A DNA stretch of 64,000 nucleotides from NCBI RefSeq assembly GCF_006345805.1, contig NC_042998.1, positions 115,444,001-115,508,000 on the forward strand. Reading direction: 5' to 3'. Below, one piece after another: positions 11,963-23,713 of this stretch. Made by a program: the position numbers and the translations under genes. A model generated the notes under the pieces. That model was given only the letters and a program-made list of their open reading frames with translations. It did no database searches and had not been told where the DNA came from. The stretch comes from Octopus sinensis. Taxonomy: Eukaryota. The stretch's first letter is position 1. Each line of letters opens with the position of its first letter.

Positions 11963-13252
11963 CGAGGGGCGTTCAATAAGTAATGGCCCTGACCCACTTC
12001 CCATAGCAATAGAGCAACGAAACTTGGCACAGTTATTAGTCTTTTTCTACATAGGAACCACCCAGAGTTACGCATTTCTCCCATCGTTTGATGCGGCTCT
12101 GGAGACCGTTTTTGTAGAAGAACCCAGCTTGGTCCTACAACCTCACCGTGACTTCAGAACTCAAGGCTGCATCATCTGGGAAACGCTTTCCTTTCAAAAA
12201 CAACTTCATGATTGGGAAGAGGTGAAAATCAGAGGGTGCAAGGTCAGGAAAGTAGGGGGAATGGGGAGGAATTCATAGCCATACGCCTGTGCTTCTGATC
12301 TGGCGACAAGCGAGTTGTGGACCGGAGCGTTGTCCTGCAGGAGGAGGATGCCTTTGCTGATCTTGCCCCGCCTCTTGATTTTGATAACTTCTCTTAATTT
12401 CCTCAGAAGTGAAGCATAATAAGCTCCTGCAATTGTGGTACCCTTTTCCAGGAAATCTGTCATCACTACTCCGTCCTGGTCCCAGAAGACTGTGAGCATG
12501 ACCTTGCCAGCGGAGGGCTGCACCCTTGCCTTCTTTGGAGGGGGGGAGTCACGGTGCTTCCACTGCATTGACTGGGCTTTGGTCTCTGGATCATCGTGAT
12601 GGACCCAGGTTTCATCCTGTGTAATCAGTCTTTTGAAAAATTTTGACTCATCTTCTTGGCACATCTCCAAATTCACCCTCGAGCACTCGACGCGTTCTTG
12701 CTTCTGGAAAGGCGTGAGCAACCTGGGAATCCATCTGGCAGACACCTTTTGCATATGCAAATGGTCATGAATGATAGTTTCCACAGACCCGGTACTAATC
12801 TTGACCTCATGGGCTATTTGGCGAATAATTATGCGTCGATCTTCCAAAATGGCAGCCTCAACTTGACGGACAGATGCCTCATCAATGGCAGAAGGGGCGA
12901 CCAGATCTGGGAGCTGTTTCCACAGAGTTCCGACCATGTTTGAATTCACGATGCCAGCGTTTTACAAGGTCATATGATGGGGCATCATCACCATAAGTTA
13001 CTTTCATTTCATCAAAAGTTTCCCGTGGTGTGCGTCCTTTCAAATACAAAAACCGGATCACTGCTCGACACTCAACAGGCTCCATTTCACACTTGACTCG
13101 GTTCAAACACCTGTAAATCAGACACCACAATTGATTCAGAGCTGTAATTTGCCACTTACTCTATAGACATATAAATGATTGCACATGCAAAATTTCAGCT
13201 AGATCAAACAACTGCAAGTGGGTCAGAGGCATTACTTATTGAACGTCTCTCG
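11963..13252 (-). mobile_element. Full-length mariner (DD34D, irritans/Himar1-like), 1290 bp
   Basis: TA TSDs at 11961-62 and 13253-54; TIRs CGAGGGGCGTTCAATAAGTAATG vs reverse complement CGAGAGACGTTCAATAAGTAATG; transposase motifs WIPRLL, ITQDETW, QDNAP, PYFPDLAPSD with 34 residues between the last two Asp. Confidence 0.95.
12036..13085 (-). pseudogene. Mariner transposase pseudogene
   Basis: ATG at 13085 (MEPVECRAVIRFLYLKG), stop at 12036-38; frameshift after RSGRP (~12895), frameshift before the HPPY motif (~12260) and one in-frame TAG near the C-terminus. Confidence 0.9.
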
Positions 13253-13308
13253 TACATACAATCACAGATTAATTGTCACAAATGTGCGCGTGCACACACA
13301 CAAACCCA

Positions 13309-13309
<1 letters not shown>

Positions 13310-13351
<42 letters not shown>

Positions 13352-13800
13352 ACACACACATATACACACACACAGGGGAAAATTTCGGGAGAAAAATTCC
13401 TAATGTATAACAAAGCAGAACAATCCATAATTACATCAGTTTCACAAGACTTTTTCCCCATAGTTCTTCTCCATCATTTCCTCTTCCTTCTGCACTCCTT
13501 TCTCCTTCAACATTCACATCATCATCATCACCACCACCACCTCCACCACCACCACCACCACCACCACTACCACCGACATGATCGTCATCATCATAGTCAT
13601 CATCGCCATCATCCTCATGGTCATACTCATAGTCCTCATCGTCGTTTTTTGTCGTCATCATCGGTTTTCATCGCTATTGTCGTCGCCTTTGTTGCACTCG
13701 TCGTTATCAGCGGAAGCCCCATCACCACAACCACCATCACCACTACTGCCCCCCCCCATCATCATCATCATCATCATCATTACCACCACCTTTGTCGTCA
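13310..13800. repeat. (CA)n and degenerate (CAT/CAC)n tracts
   Basis: Direct reading. Confidence 0.9.
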
Positions 13801-14624
13801 GCAGCAGTAGCAGCGAAACGTTAGTATTACAATAACCAACAGCATTTTTATGGGGACGACAAAGAACCAAGTACAACATTAAGGATAGAATAATGCAACT
13901 AACATTACAAATAGCAGCAGGAGCATCAGTAGCAGCAGCATCAGCAGCAGGAGCATCAGTGGCAGCAGCATCAGTAGCAGCAATGACATCAATATAAATC
14001 GGAGTCAGAGTAATACTTTCAATAGTAGCAACAACGCTTGCAAAGCAACAGCGACTAGGGTAACAACAACGGCAACAAAATAAGGCCCGAAAATACAAAC
14101 AGGACTATCATCATCATCAAGAACATCATCATAACAACAAACACAACAGCAGCATAACAATAACGCCATCAACAAACACAACAACGTCAAAGACAAAAAA
14201 AAAGAAAAAACAAGAAAAAAAATGGGGAAAATGCAACTCGTACTCACAGCAGCAGCAGCAACAACAACAACTACTACGACAATCATAGCACAGCAATCAC
14301 AAGAATAACAACTAAAACGAAAAAAAAAAGTCATACTAACAACGGCAAGGAGAACAACAACAACAACGACAACAACAAGAACAGCGACAACAACAACAAC
14401 AACGGCAGCAATAACAACAGCAAACAAGTACGTACATGAGGAGAGTCAAGCAAACACTGCAAACAACAAAGATGAAAGGAAGAGTTCTCAAGAGGTTCCC
14501 GATTAATAAATCTCTTCCTAATTTATCTACAAATTCTTTAGTATCTTTACTTTACCGACTTCCGTTTAGCCTACAGTTCTTTAAGCGACGCTGCTTCAAA
14601 CTGGGTACAATCTTCGTGTGTGCG

Positions 14625-14823
14625 TATGCATGTATGTATGTATGTATGTATGTATGTATGTATGTATGTATGTATGTATGTATGTATGTATGTATGTACG
14701 TATGTATGTACGTACGTATGTATGTATGCATGTATGTATGCATGTATATATGCATGTATGTATGCATGTATGCATGCACATCTCTCTCTTTCTCTCTCAC
14801 CCTCTATATACACACACACACAT

Positions 14824-14888
<65 letters not shown>

Positions 14889-14897
14889 AGTGTGTAC

Positions 14898-14929
<32 letters not shown>

Positions 14930-15050
14930 GATTATATATATATATAAATATATATATGCGTATAGATAGATATATATCAGCATATATATCTTTATGTATG
15001 TATGTATGTATGTACATATATATGAATGTATGTGCATGTGTGTGTGTGAG
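14625..15050. repeat. (TATG)n/(TA)n/(TG)n compound microsatellite
   Basis: Direct reading. Confidence 0.95.
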
Positions 15051-15985
15051 CACGCTTGTAAGCTTAATCATTCATATGTAGTTATACTTGGTGTATTTTC
15101 CCCTCTGCATAATCTTTCCATTCTTTGTATATTTTTACCTCTTTCGGTGCATATCAATATACGCACACGTTTGCACACAATTGGACTCCAACTCATGAAT
15201 CAACATACAATTGCCCACACACACTTACATACATACACACATACACACATATATATGTATGTATGCAGGCATACGCATATATGTACATACGTATGTATGC
15301 GTGCATGTATGTTTGTGTGTGTATGCATGTATACGTGTGTGTGTGCATATTTATACGTGTGTGTATGTTTTATATTCATTATTTTGTTGCTTGCGATATC
15401 GTATCTGGTTTCCCTTGTTAAATATCGCTGCATGGTGTTGTAACTTATGTTGAACGTATTTGTTGAAAAACCTGCCCTGGTATTCAGGTAAACAAAGGAA
15501 TACAGTGTATGTATTCATGTATACATGTATGCATTTATGCACGCTTGTATAAATTTATACATACATACATATGTATATATAACATGTATACATGTGTGTG
15601 TGTGTGTTGTGTATATATACATATATATTTATATATATATACATTTATATGTATGTATGTTTTTGTGCATGTATATATAATTATAAAATAAAAACAAATC
15701 ACGAAATACAGGAGTAAAAGTAGTAGTAGTAGTAGTTGTAGAAGAAGAAGAAGAAGAAGAAGAAGAAGAAGAAGAAGAAGAAGAAGAAGAAGAAAAAGGA
15801 GACGACGATGATTATATGATGATAGTGATGATGACGATCAGGATGATGATGAAGACAATGATGATGATGATAAATTTGACGAACAACAATATCATCAAGA
15901 AGTATGTATATAAAAAACAAACGAAAAACCGATTGCATTTATGTCACTAATGATGTCAACGCACGCGCAGTCATTGTATACTCAC

Positions 15986-16051
15986 AAAGTCTAAAGTGGT
16001 AAGAAACTTTGTGTATGCAAGAGGTCGGAAGTGAATTGTGGATTCCGCCAT
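15986..16051 (-). CDS. Candidate first coding exon MAESTIHFRPLAYTKFLTTLDF
   Basis: AAAA-ATG-G context, in-frame upstream TAG (16067-69), 22 codons, then consensus donor GTGAGT (phase 0); upstream acceptor TTTATTTCAG at 16244 would give a 258-nt exon with 5' UTR. Protein not recognised. Confidence 0.45.
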
Positions 16052-16617
16052 TTTTAATGAGACCCACTAGGGATCAACATTGCCACATAGAGATTTTCTG
16101 TCCGTTCACCGAACATAGAATCATTGTAGGGGGGCTTATATCATTGCCAAAACTGATTCCAGCGAATAAGAAGCTTGTTTCCTGGTCTCCGGAATTGTAA
16201 AAGTAAACTAAACATTGCCGTATGAAAAACTATTCTCCCCTCCCTGAAATAAACTGAATAAACCGATCAATAGCCCAATAAATAAATAAAAAATTATGCT
16301 TCAAATTCACGGTTTATATATGTGTGTGTGTGTGTGTGTATTTATGAATATGAGGAAGGATGATGCATAGCAGATGTTTACTACCGAATGAAAAAGAAAT
16401 TACTATTCAATGAAGAATTAAAAGTAATATTGTATTTAATGCTGGTAGTTTGTCAGAATTGTTAGAGGGCGGGTATAAGAATGCCTCCTAGTATTTAGTT
16501 TTATCCCCTTACGTTCCTTGTTCGAATCCTGTAGGTTTTGACATGGCTATATTTTCTCTGGAGAATAAAAAAGAAATAGTGCATTTCAGGAATTGGAGCA
16601 GACATCCACCTACCTAT

Positions 16618-16930
16618 CCTCATAATTTAACGTCCGTTGTCCATGCTGGCATGAGTCGGACGGTTTGACCGGGCTTGATAATCTGTGGGGCTGCACCAGA
16701 CTACAGTCTGATATGGCTTGGTTTCTACGGTTGGATGTGTTCCTAACGCCAACCACTTCACGAGTGTAATAAATGCTTTTTTTCTTTATTTGTGTTGTAC
16801 CAGTATCTGCCACGACTACGATTTCTCTTGGCTTGATGGGTCTTCTTCTCAAGCACGGCATATTGTCAAAGATCTCAGTCATTTGTTATTACCTCCGTGA
16901 GCCCAACGCTCGAAATGTGCTTTTTACGCG
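16618..16930 (-). mobile_element. SINE or LINE 3' fragment with RTE-type tail
   Basis: Minus strand ends GCATGGACAACGGACGTTAAATTATGAG; contains GGTTGGATGTGTTCCTAACGCCAACCAC on plus, as recalled for RTE-associated tails. Confidence 0.55.
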
Positions 16931-16952
16931 ATACCGGCATCGGCCATATTGC

Positions 16953-16990
<38 letters not shown>

Positions 16991-17769
16991 AACGGACATT
17001 ATTATTCCTAAAAATAATAATGTTAGTGGCCGCGAGCGCAGAAGCCGTATAGGCAAAATTAATTATTTTATATGATATATAAATATATTTATATATACTA
17101 GCACCTGCTTCGCTAAAAATAGAAGTTAATATACTCGTAAACCACAGACGAATCACTAAATTAATGCATGCATGATAGGAAAAATCATTTTAGTGAATGA
17201 GAATAATGTTTTACCTCTGCAAATGATGCAGTAGGGATGTCAGTTAATCTGATGTCATGAATTCGAATTTAGCACCAAAACACCTGATTCTCTTCAGTCA
17301 GATCTGCAAGAGTCACCTAATAGTATTCACCGCTATCATGCTTATAATTCGTTTGAGTGTCCGAACACCATTTGTTCATCTAAAGGCGGTGCTCTAGCAT
17401 GGCCGCAATAAAATGACTGATACAAGTAAAAAGTAAAAAAGTAATAAGAGAGCAGTTATGACACGACATTTTTAGACATTTAGAAAATTATCCCTCTCAC
17501 TTACCAGAAATCTATCCAACTCTGGGGAAAAATCGAACCACAGCCAATATCTTCGACAAGAGAATAAGACTGCCAGAAAGAGAAGAATTGACTGCAGTAC
17601 AGGACTGGTGATGAATTAATCAACTCAGAGGGAAATTCAAAGTTAATCTCAGCAGGGTTTGAGCTCAGAACACAGAAAACCGAAACAATTACTATAACCA
17701 CTCTACCTCATGCTCTGAGGACAATTGTTCGCCACTTTAGTCATTTTTATTAATGTTATACATAACTTC

Positions 17770-18230
17770 GTTGTAGGATATCAAGGATGAAACAGCATCA
17801 TGAACATCACTAATAGATCCGTTTTGAAGTGTATTATTGAAACTCTTACAGCACAAAAACCTAGCCCTTATTATCAGTTTGGCAGACTATAACATCTTCA
17901 AAACTTCTAATACACAAAGAGCATGTAGTCAGTCACTTGTCATCTGTCATCATGTGGTGAATACGATAAATATTTTTCTTGGTGGTGGCAGTTTCAGGAT
18001 ATCTAGATTTTGTGTCTCCTTTCCCCTCCTGAATTCGGATGCCCACTTTTGCACTGTTCATAAAACTGAAGCATCACCTTGTCAACATGAATGTCATTGA
18101 GGTCTATAGTTTTTTTCTTCTTGTACTTCAGGACATCAGGACGCTAAATTTTGTCTATTTTCAAGATAAGTTGCTACGAGTTACTTTTGTAGTTTTCTTT
18201 CATCAGTCAGATGTCAGTTTACCTGGAAAG
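17770..18230 (-). mobile_element. Degraded mariner 5' fragment (irritans-like)
   Basis: Minus frames TVQKWASEFRRGKE and ETATTKKNIYRIHHMMTDD. Confidence 0.7.
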
Positions 18231-18549
18231 AAACAATGCAGTTATTAATAAAATAAGTTGAAATTAATACATGTCAGATTTCACAGGAGCTAGAATCGCT
18301 CATTCATAGTAAGCCTATGAACATTTTAGCCTCCTCTCCTGTGTATATATATATATAATATATATATATATGTACAAGCGGGGAGAGGGTGTGTCTGTGT
18401 CGTAAGAAGCTTGCTTCTCAGCCATATGGTCCTGCGTCTTGTCTCATCGCGTAGCACCTTGGGCAAGTGTCTTCTACAATAACCTCAGCTGTCCAAAGCC
18501 TTGTGAGTGTATTTGGTAGACGGAAACTGAAACATGCCTGTCGTTTTTA

Positions 18550-18670
18550 CATATATATAAAACTCAACTTGTGTGTCTGTGTGTGTATCTGTGTGTGTGT
18601 GTGTGTGTGTGTCTGTGTGTGTATCTGTGTGTGTGTGTGTGGTGTGTGTGTGTGTGTGTCTGTGTGTGTA

Positions 18671-18709
<39 letters not shown>

Positions 18710-19375
18710 ATGTGTTTAACTTCCCGGCACATCTCCTCCTAGCCAACAAATTGTAGAACCACCAAAAGTGGGTCACTTAAAGTTTAGGCGAATGAAAATT
18801 GAACTGTGCTATTTCTGTTCCGAAATTCATCTCGCAAGTGCAAAAATCGATAATGTGCTTGTTTAGGCCTTATCCCATGCATTGAATAGTGGACTTTACT
18901 CAGTCAGCTGTTTGACGTGAACTGTGTTCACCACGCGTGCAAGCATGCGTAAATTGCATGAAAAATAAAAAATCAAGATATAAAAACGAATCGACTTAAA
19001 CATTGTAGAAATTCGGCAAAGAAATGAATGTTCGGGATGTAGCCGGGAGGGTTTTTTCGTATTAATCGTTTGGACTTTGTGAACACATACCAATTGTTTT
19101 CATAACATTTTTAACGCTTTGAATTAAATGTGACCATTTTGCGTTGAGTCTGCAGTTTGAATCACTTTAACCAAATTTTAGCAGGCCGGATTTTTGATCA
19201 TCACGATACATCGCCAGCGACTCCCTGAAACTCTACCCTGAAATCCCAGTTGAGAAATCTATATATATAAAACTCAACTTGTGTGTCTGTGTGTGTATGT
19301 GTGTGTGTGTCTGTGTGTTTAACTTTTGGATCTACCAAGTTTCATTATTAAGGATGGAAAGTAGTGTGTAGCAAA
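18550..19375 (+). mobile_element. Two tandem Helitron 5' segments (starts ~18550 and 19258)
   Basis: Both begin (TC)TATATATATAAAACTCAACTTGTGTGTCTGTGTGTG...GTTTAACTT, same terminus type as the 49588 element; no own 3' hairpin seen. Confidence 0.7.
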
Positions 19376-19762
19376 TCTATATATATAAAGCTGAAGTTGT
19401 CTGTGTGTGGCAGGTTTGGTAGCCTTCAACAAACACTATCTCCTTCAAGACCCTGCAGCACAAGTTGACCAAAATTGAGAGTATGATAGAAGGCTTGCTC
19501 TTCATTCTGTAGAAGATAAAATTCAAATCGGACCATGTTAACACCAAATATTAGTTACATCAAAAAGGTACTTTTTTTTCTATGAAAATCCCTATTTTTT
19601 ACGATTTTTGACTGCTGTGTCACCATTTTTCGGTGTATTTCAACTGGAAAAATGTTCACTTGAAGAGAATAGCAAGTTGCATAATGCAAAAATTTTACTT
19701 TTCAAAAATTCCAATTCTAAAGGGTCGAAACAAACCCAAGCAACACCGGGTGATACTGCTGG
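19376..19762 (+). mobile_element. Non-autonomous Helitron, complete termini (387 bp)
   Basis: A|TCTATATATATAAAGCTG at 19376; 3' hairpin CCCAAGCAACACCGGG, 8 nt, then CTGG|T at 19759-63; no TSD. Confidence 0.85.
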
Positions 19763-19768
19763 TATATA

Positions 19769-19811
<43 letters not shown>

Positions 19812-20063
19812 TGTGTGTGTGTGTGTGTATGTGTATGTGAGTGTGTGTGTGTTCTTGTTTGTCTCCCCTCATCATCGCTTGACAAGGAATGTTGATATGT
19901 TTACGTCCCCGTAACCTAGCGGTTCGGCATAATAGCCAATAGAATAAGTACTAGTCTTACAAAGAATAAGTCCTGGGGTCGATTTTTTCGACTAAAGGCG
20001 GTGCTCCAGTACGGTCGTAGTCAAATGACTGAAAGAAGTAAAAGAATAAAAGAATAGATATAC

Positions 20064-20113
<50 letters not shown>

Positions 20114-20229
20114 TATATATATATAAACCAGCAGTAGTACCCGCCGTTGCACAGGTCTTCAACTTACCATTCAACTGCGGGAAGATGAGGTCTTACTCTT
20201 GAGAAAATATTTTAGCTTTACCTCAGCTA

Positions 20230-20891
20230 CCGCGTTCGCGCAACGCTCTTCTGATTTCAACACCTTACTCCTCAACCCACAGCAGATTAGAAACATACAT
20301 TTGTGGAATGCTTTTAAGGCCCATTGTGAGGCCAACGGTTTAGAAGCACCTTTCCTAAGGGCTCGCTGTCTGGCATAACTCTGAAGGCGATTATCACAGT
20401 CTTGTAACGTTTGGGAAGATCGAGCACCAGCAGTGTTTGCATCCGTTGTCTAACGTCTATGGCGCTGTTCCTCATTCTCCTCGGCACGTGCGGCTGAAGT
20501 GCACGCGGTATTAGCTACTCGGCGACGTTTCCGCTGGGGGCTTGTTTCAGAAGCTCTTGCAGCAGCTGTAGACGCGGCGTTAGCAGATCGGCGGCTTCTT
20601 CGCTGGTCCTCTGTCTATGAAACTCGAGCAGCTGTCATTAAAGAAGCATTCGCGGTTCGGCGAATTCTACGTTGGTCTTCGGTTTCTGCAGCCCGAGCAG
20701 TCGCAGATGATAGTGGTCAGGCGAGCGTTTCGCTGGTCGTCTGTTTCGAGAACTCTTCTAGTGGCCGCACGTTCAGCAGCTTTTGACCGACGGATAGTAG
20801 TCTCCAACGACGATTCTGAAGCTCGATTTCATCTTGATTCTTCTACTTTACCAGTATTTCGGCCAATGGTTAACCTCTTCCGTCGTGACAT
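20230..20891 (-). pseudogene. Helitron RepHel N-terminal fragment
   Basis: MSRRKRLTIGRNT start, about five 23-aa repeats (ARAAETEDQRRIRRTANASLMTA / ARVS*TEDQRRSRRSANAASTAA / ARASETSPQRKRRRVANTACTSA), then WALKAF...LICCGLRSKV resembling the C..C.ALK....CC..GKV zinc motif; stops and a frameshift. Confidence 0.75.
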
Positions 20892-22052
20892 GACCTAAAA
20901 AGGAAGGTTGAGGAACACTTAGTCCCAGTAAGAAGGATAAAATCAAGTGGCTGACAGGATATGTAATTTTTTATAAAATAGGTATTCGGGTACAAAGCCA
21001 GAAGCACATCTTAATGGAGAGATATCCATAAGGTGATTTAGTAGCAGTACGGTAAGCTGTGTTGCAATGGGAGCCGGCAACGAATCAAATCATTTCTCAA
21101 AGGTGCGATTAACATGTTTTCCACTATCTGCATTCGTAGGCGGATGTCAATCGTAGTTTGTTCTATGCTGGAATAAATACATTAATGTGAATCGTCAACA
21201 GATAGTGTCTATCAGTTGTACCGTGAAGCCTGAGGTAACGTTGCTTATTGATTCGCGAGGTAGAGGCGTTTGTCGAAAGTCCCTCAACCTATTTTTGTTA
21301 ATAAGAGGTGATACTTTATGACTGTGCTTCAACGGTGTGTGGTGAAATGGAAAGAAGCAATAGTAGATGTAATAACAATTTTGTGACTTACCAACTGCAT
21401 CTGGATTAAAGGAGGAAGGGATAGCTTTGAGAGGAGAGGTTGTAGTGAATACATTGGAGCAAGAACGTGACTGGTGTTAGTGAAAACAAAAGGGGTTTTT
21501 AATTAAGATGCAGTAGCATAAATAAATCTGAAAAACCTGGCACCACATCAAATGCTGGACCAATAACCACATTGATGATTATTGGTAGGCAGCTTCATTG
21601 TGCTTCTGTAGATAAGTTTTAGTCTTCCGGTCATCTGCTGAATACCGTGACGATATGAAACTCTTTGGGTCAAACTGCAAATGTATACCGTGTTTGGTTG
21701 AAATTAGACGACTTCTTGAAAAAATCGATAATTATCGATCGCCTTTTTGCGAAAACCGAACATTGATCGAAGCAGTTGTGACTATAACATGCCTCGGAAC
21801 ATACCTAATGCACATCTGAAATTTCAATCGAATCGGTCTGGTGGTTCAGTGGTTTGACCCGACTTCACCCGAAAGCACTTGTATACGGAAACTGTAAACA
21901 GCGCGAAAATATTACTTTTTGAAAGGCTGCTTTGGTATTGATTTGATTCAAGAGGTTACCAAGGTTATTGCTTTAACAATGTCACACCCCAAACCGTATT
22001 TTCTCAAGTGTAAGGCCTCATGTTTCCGAAGTTTCATGGTAATATAATACGA

Positions 22053-22080
22053 CCCGTGTAACGCCGGTTACTACTGCTAG
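22053..22080 (+). mobile_element. Helitron 3' terminus in opposite orientation, nested
   Basis: CCCGTGTAACGCCGGT-TACTACTG-CTAG|T; matching 5' end not located. Confidence 0.7.
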
Positions 22081-22767
22081 TGAAATGGATGAAGGAAGTG
22101 TAGAGGCTGTTATTGTTTTAACTATATCATGCCACACATAGAAATCGCTTTCATTTATTGCAATGGAAAGCCTCAGTGTGTTTACTGTTATTGGCAGTGG
22201 CTATTTTGAGGTTAAGTGGGGTTACAAAGTGTGTGCCCACTATGGTGGAAATTAATTGTTTATGCATTGGAGAAGGAATGAGGTCAGTGTTCTGAGAAGA
22301 AACAAACCAGGTGCTCCTCAACAAATGCATTTTATGAGTTTGTCGAATTGTGCTCAAACAAAGCGCATTGAACCATGGCATTGGGTGAAAATGCATTCGT
22401 TTACCGAGTTTGGTTTAAATCGGCTCAATGGTTCCGGAGCTTTGGTCTACCTTAAAGACACTTTTTGAATCGGTTTTTCCCGTGCTGTGCTCAAATGAAA
22501 CGGAATTTGAAAAACATAATAACGAAACGAAAAACCTTGGGTAAGAATGCATAAATATGTCAAGTAGGATCAAAATCGGACGACATTTTGAAGTAATCGA
22601 TAATTATCGATCGAGAATTTGCGAAAACCGAATATTGATTGAAGCAATTGTTATGACTAAAACATGCCACGGAACATACCAAATGCATGTCTGAAATTTC
22701 AATCGAATCGGTTAGGTGGAACTCGGAGTTATAAACCTTCGAACTTGCATACACACACACAGTCAGT

Positions 22768-22773
22768 TTCTGT

Positions 22774-22832
<59 letters not shown>

Positions 22833-22853
22833 AGAGAGAGAGAGAAAGAGAGT

Positions 22854-22932
<79 letters not shown>

Positions 22933-22935
22933 ATA
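22768..22935. repeat. (TA)n-(GA)n-(GATA)n compound microsatellite
   Basis: Direct reading. Confidence 0.95.
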
Positions 22936-23713
22936 GATATAGTGGTGGATATGTTTGAATATAGGACGCTCACGTGCACAATTTATACTTATACAAAACC
23001 AGATTGTCTCTAATTTCTCAAACCAAGCTAGGCTATTTCCGAATGGTTTACTGGTATCAGCTGTACACATTTTAGACGTTCATAATATTATTTTGTCTGA
23101 CTGTTAGGTTTCGAAAACGAAAAAATCTATGAGGTTATTAGTTATACTGTAATTTCCTGCACATTAATGTATCATCCAAGCTGGTTCATGGATATCTGTG
23201 CAGTTTCTGCTTTCTTTCACTCACTTCTTCTTGTTTTTGTCTCTTTTTTTTTTGCTTTTCTCTCTCTCTCTCTCTCTCTTGTGCACATACATGCCCCCCC
23301 CCCACACACACACATACACACAAGAAAACTGGAAAGTTTGTAGTGAAAATATTTACTTATACAATACTAAGACGCGATTTTTAAAGATTGTAAGACTGAA
23401 TTACTTAGAATCGCTTGATATAATTCTAACATCCCTACATCTCAGCCTTATTATCTGCACTAAAACACATGTAAATACGACGTAAATGTCACAGTGTTTT
23501 GTTGTTCAGACTCTCCATTTTGAAAGTTTCTGGGTGACGTTTTAATCTTTCCAATATATACATTGCCTAAATTGACATGTACCTTCATGCGTGCATACAT
23601 GTATCCAAACATACATGTATGCATGTTTTTATGCATACACGCAAACACACAATGACATACACATGCATATATACACACAGACTCATGCATACAATGGCAT
23701 ATATATATATATA

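Larger units (their letters stand above)
18388..20055 (+). mobile_element. SINE family A copy split by a Helitron block (head 18388-18545, tail ~19800-20055)
   Basis: Head through GACGGAAACTGAAA..CCTGTCGT; after the insert the 3' half resumes (GCTTGACAA...AAAGGCGGTGCTCCAG...AAAAGAATAAAAGAATA). Confidence 0.8.
20128..22822 (-). mobile_element. Internally deleted Helitron (~2.7 kb) retaining RepHel N-terminus
   Basis: 5' end TC(TA)nAAAGACAGAAACTGACTGTGTG at ~22822 (inside microsatellite, so uncertain); 3' end CCTGTGCAACGGCGGG-TACTACTG-CTGG|T at 20128; decayed coding region 20894-~20230. Confidence 0.75.
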
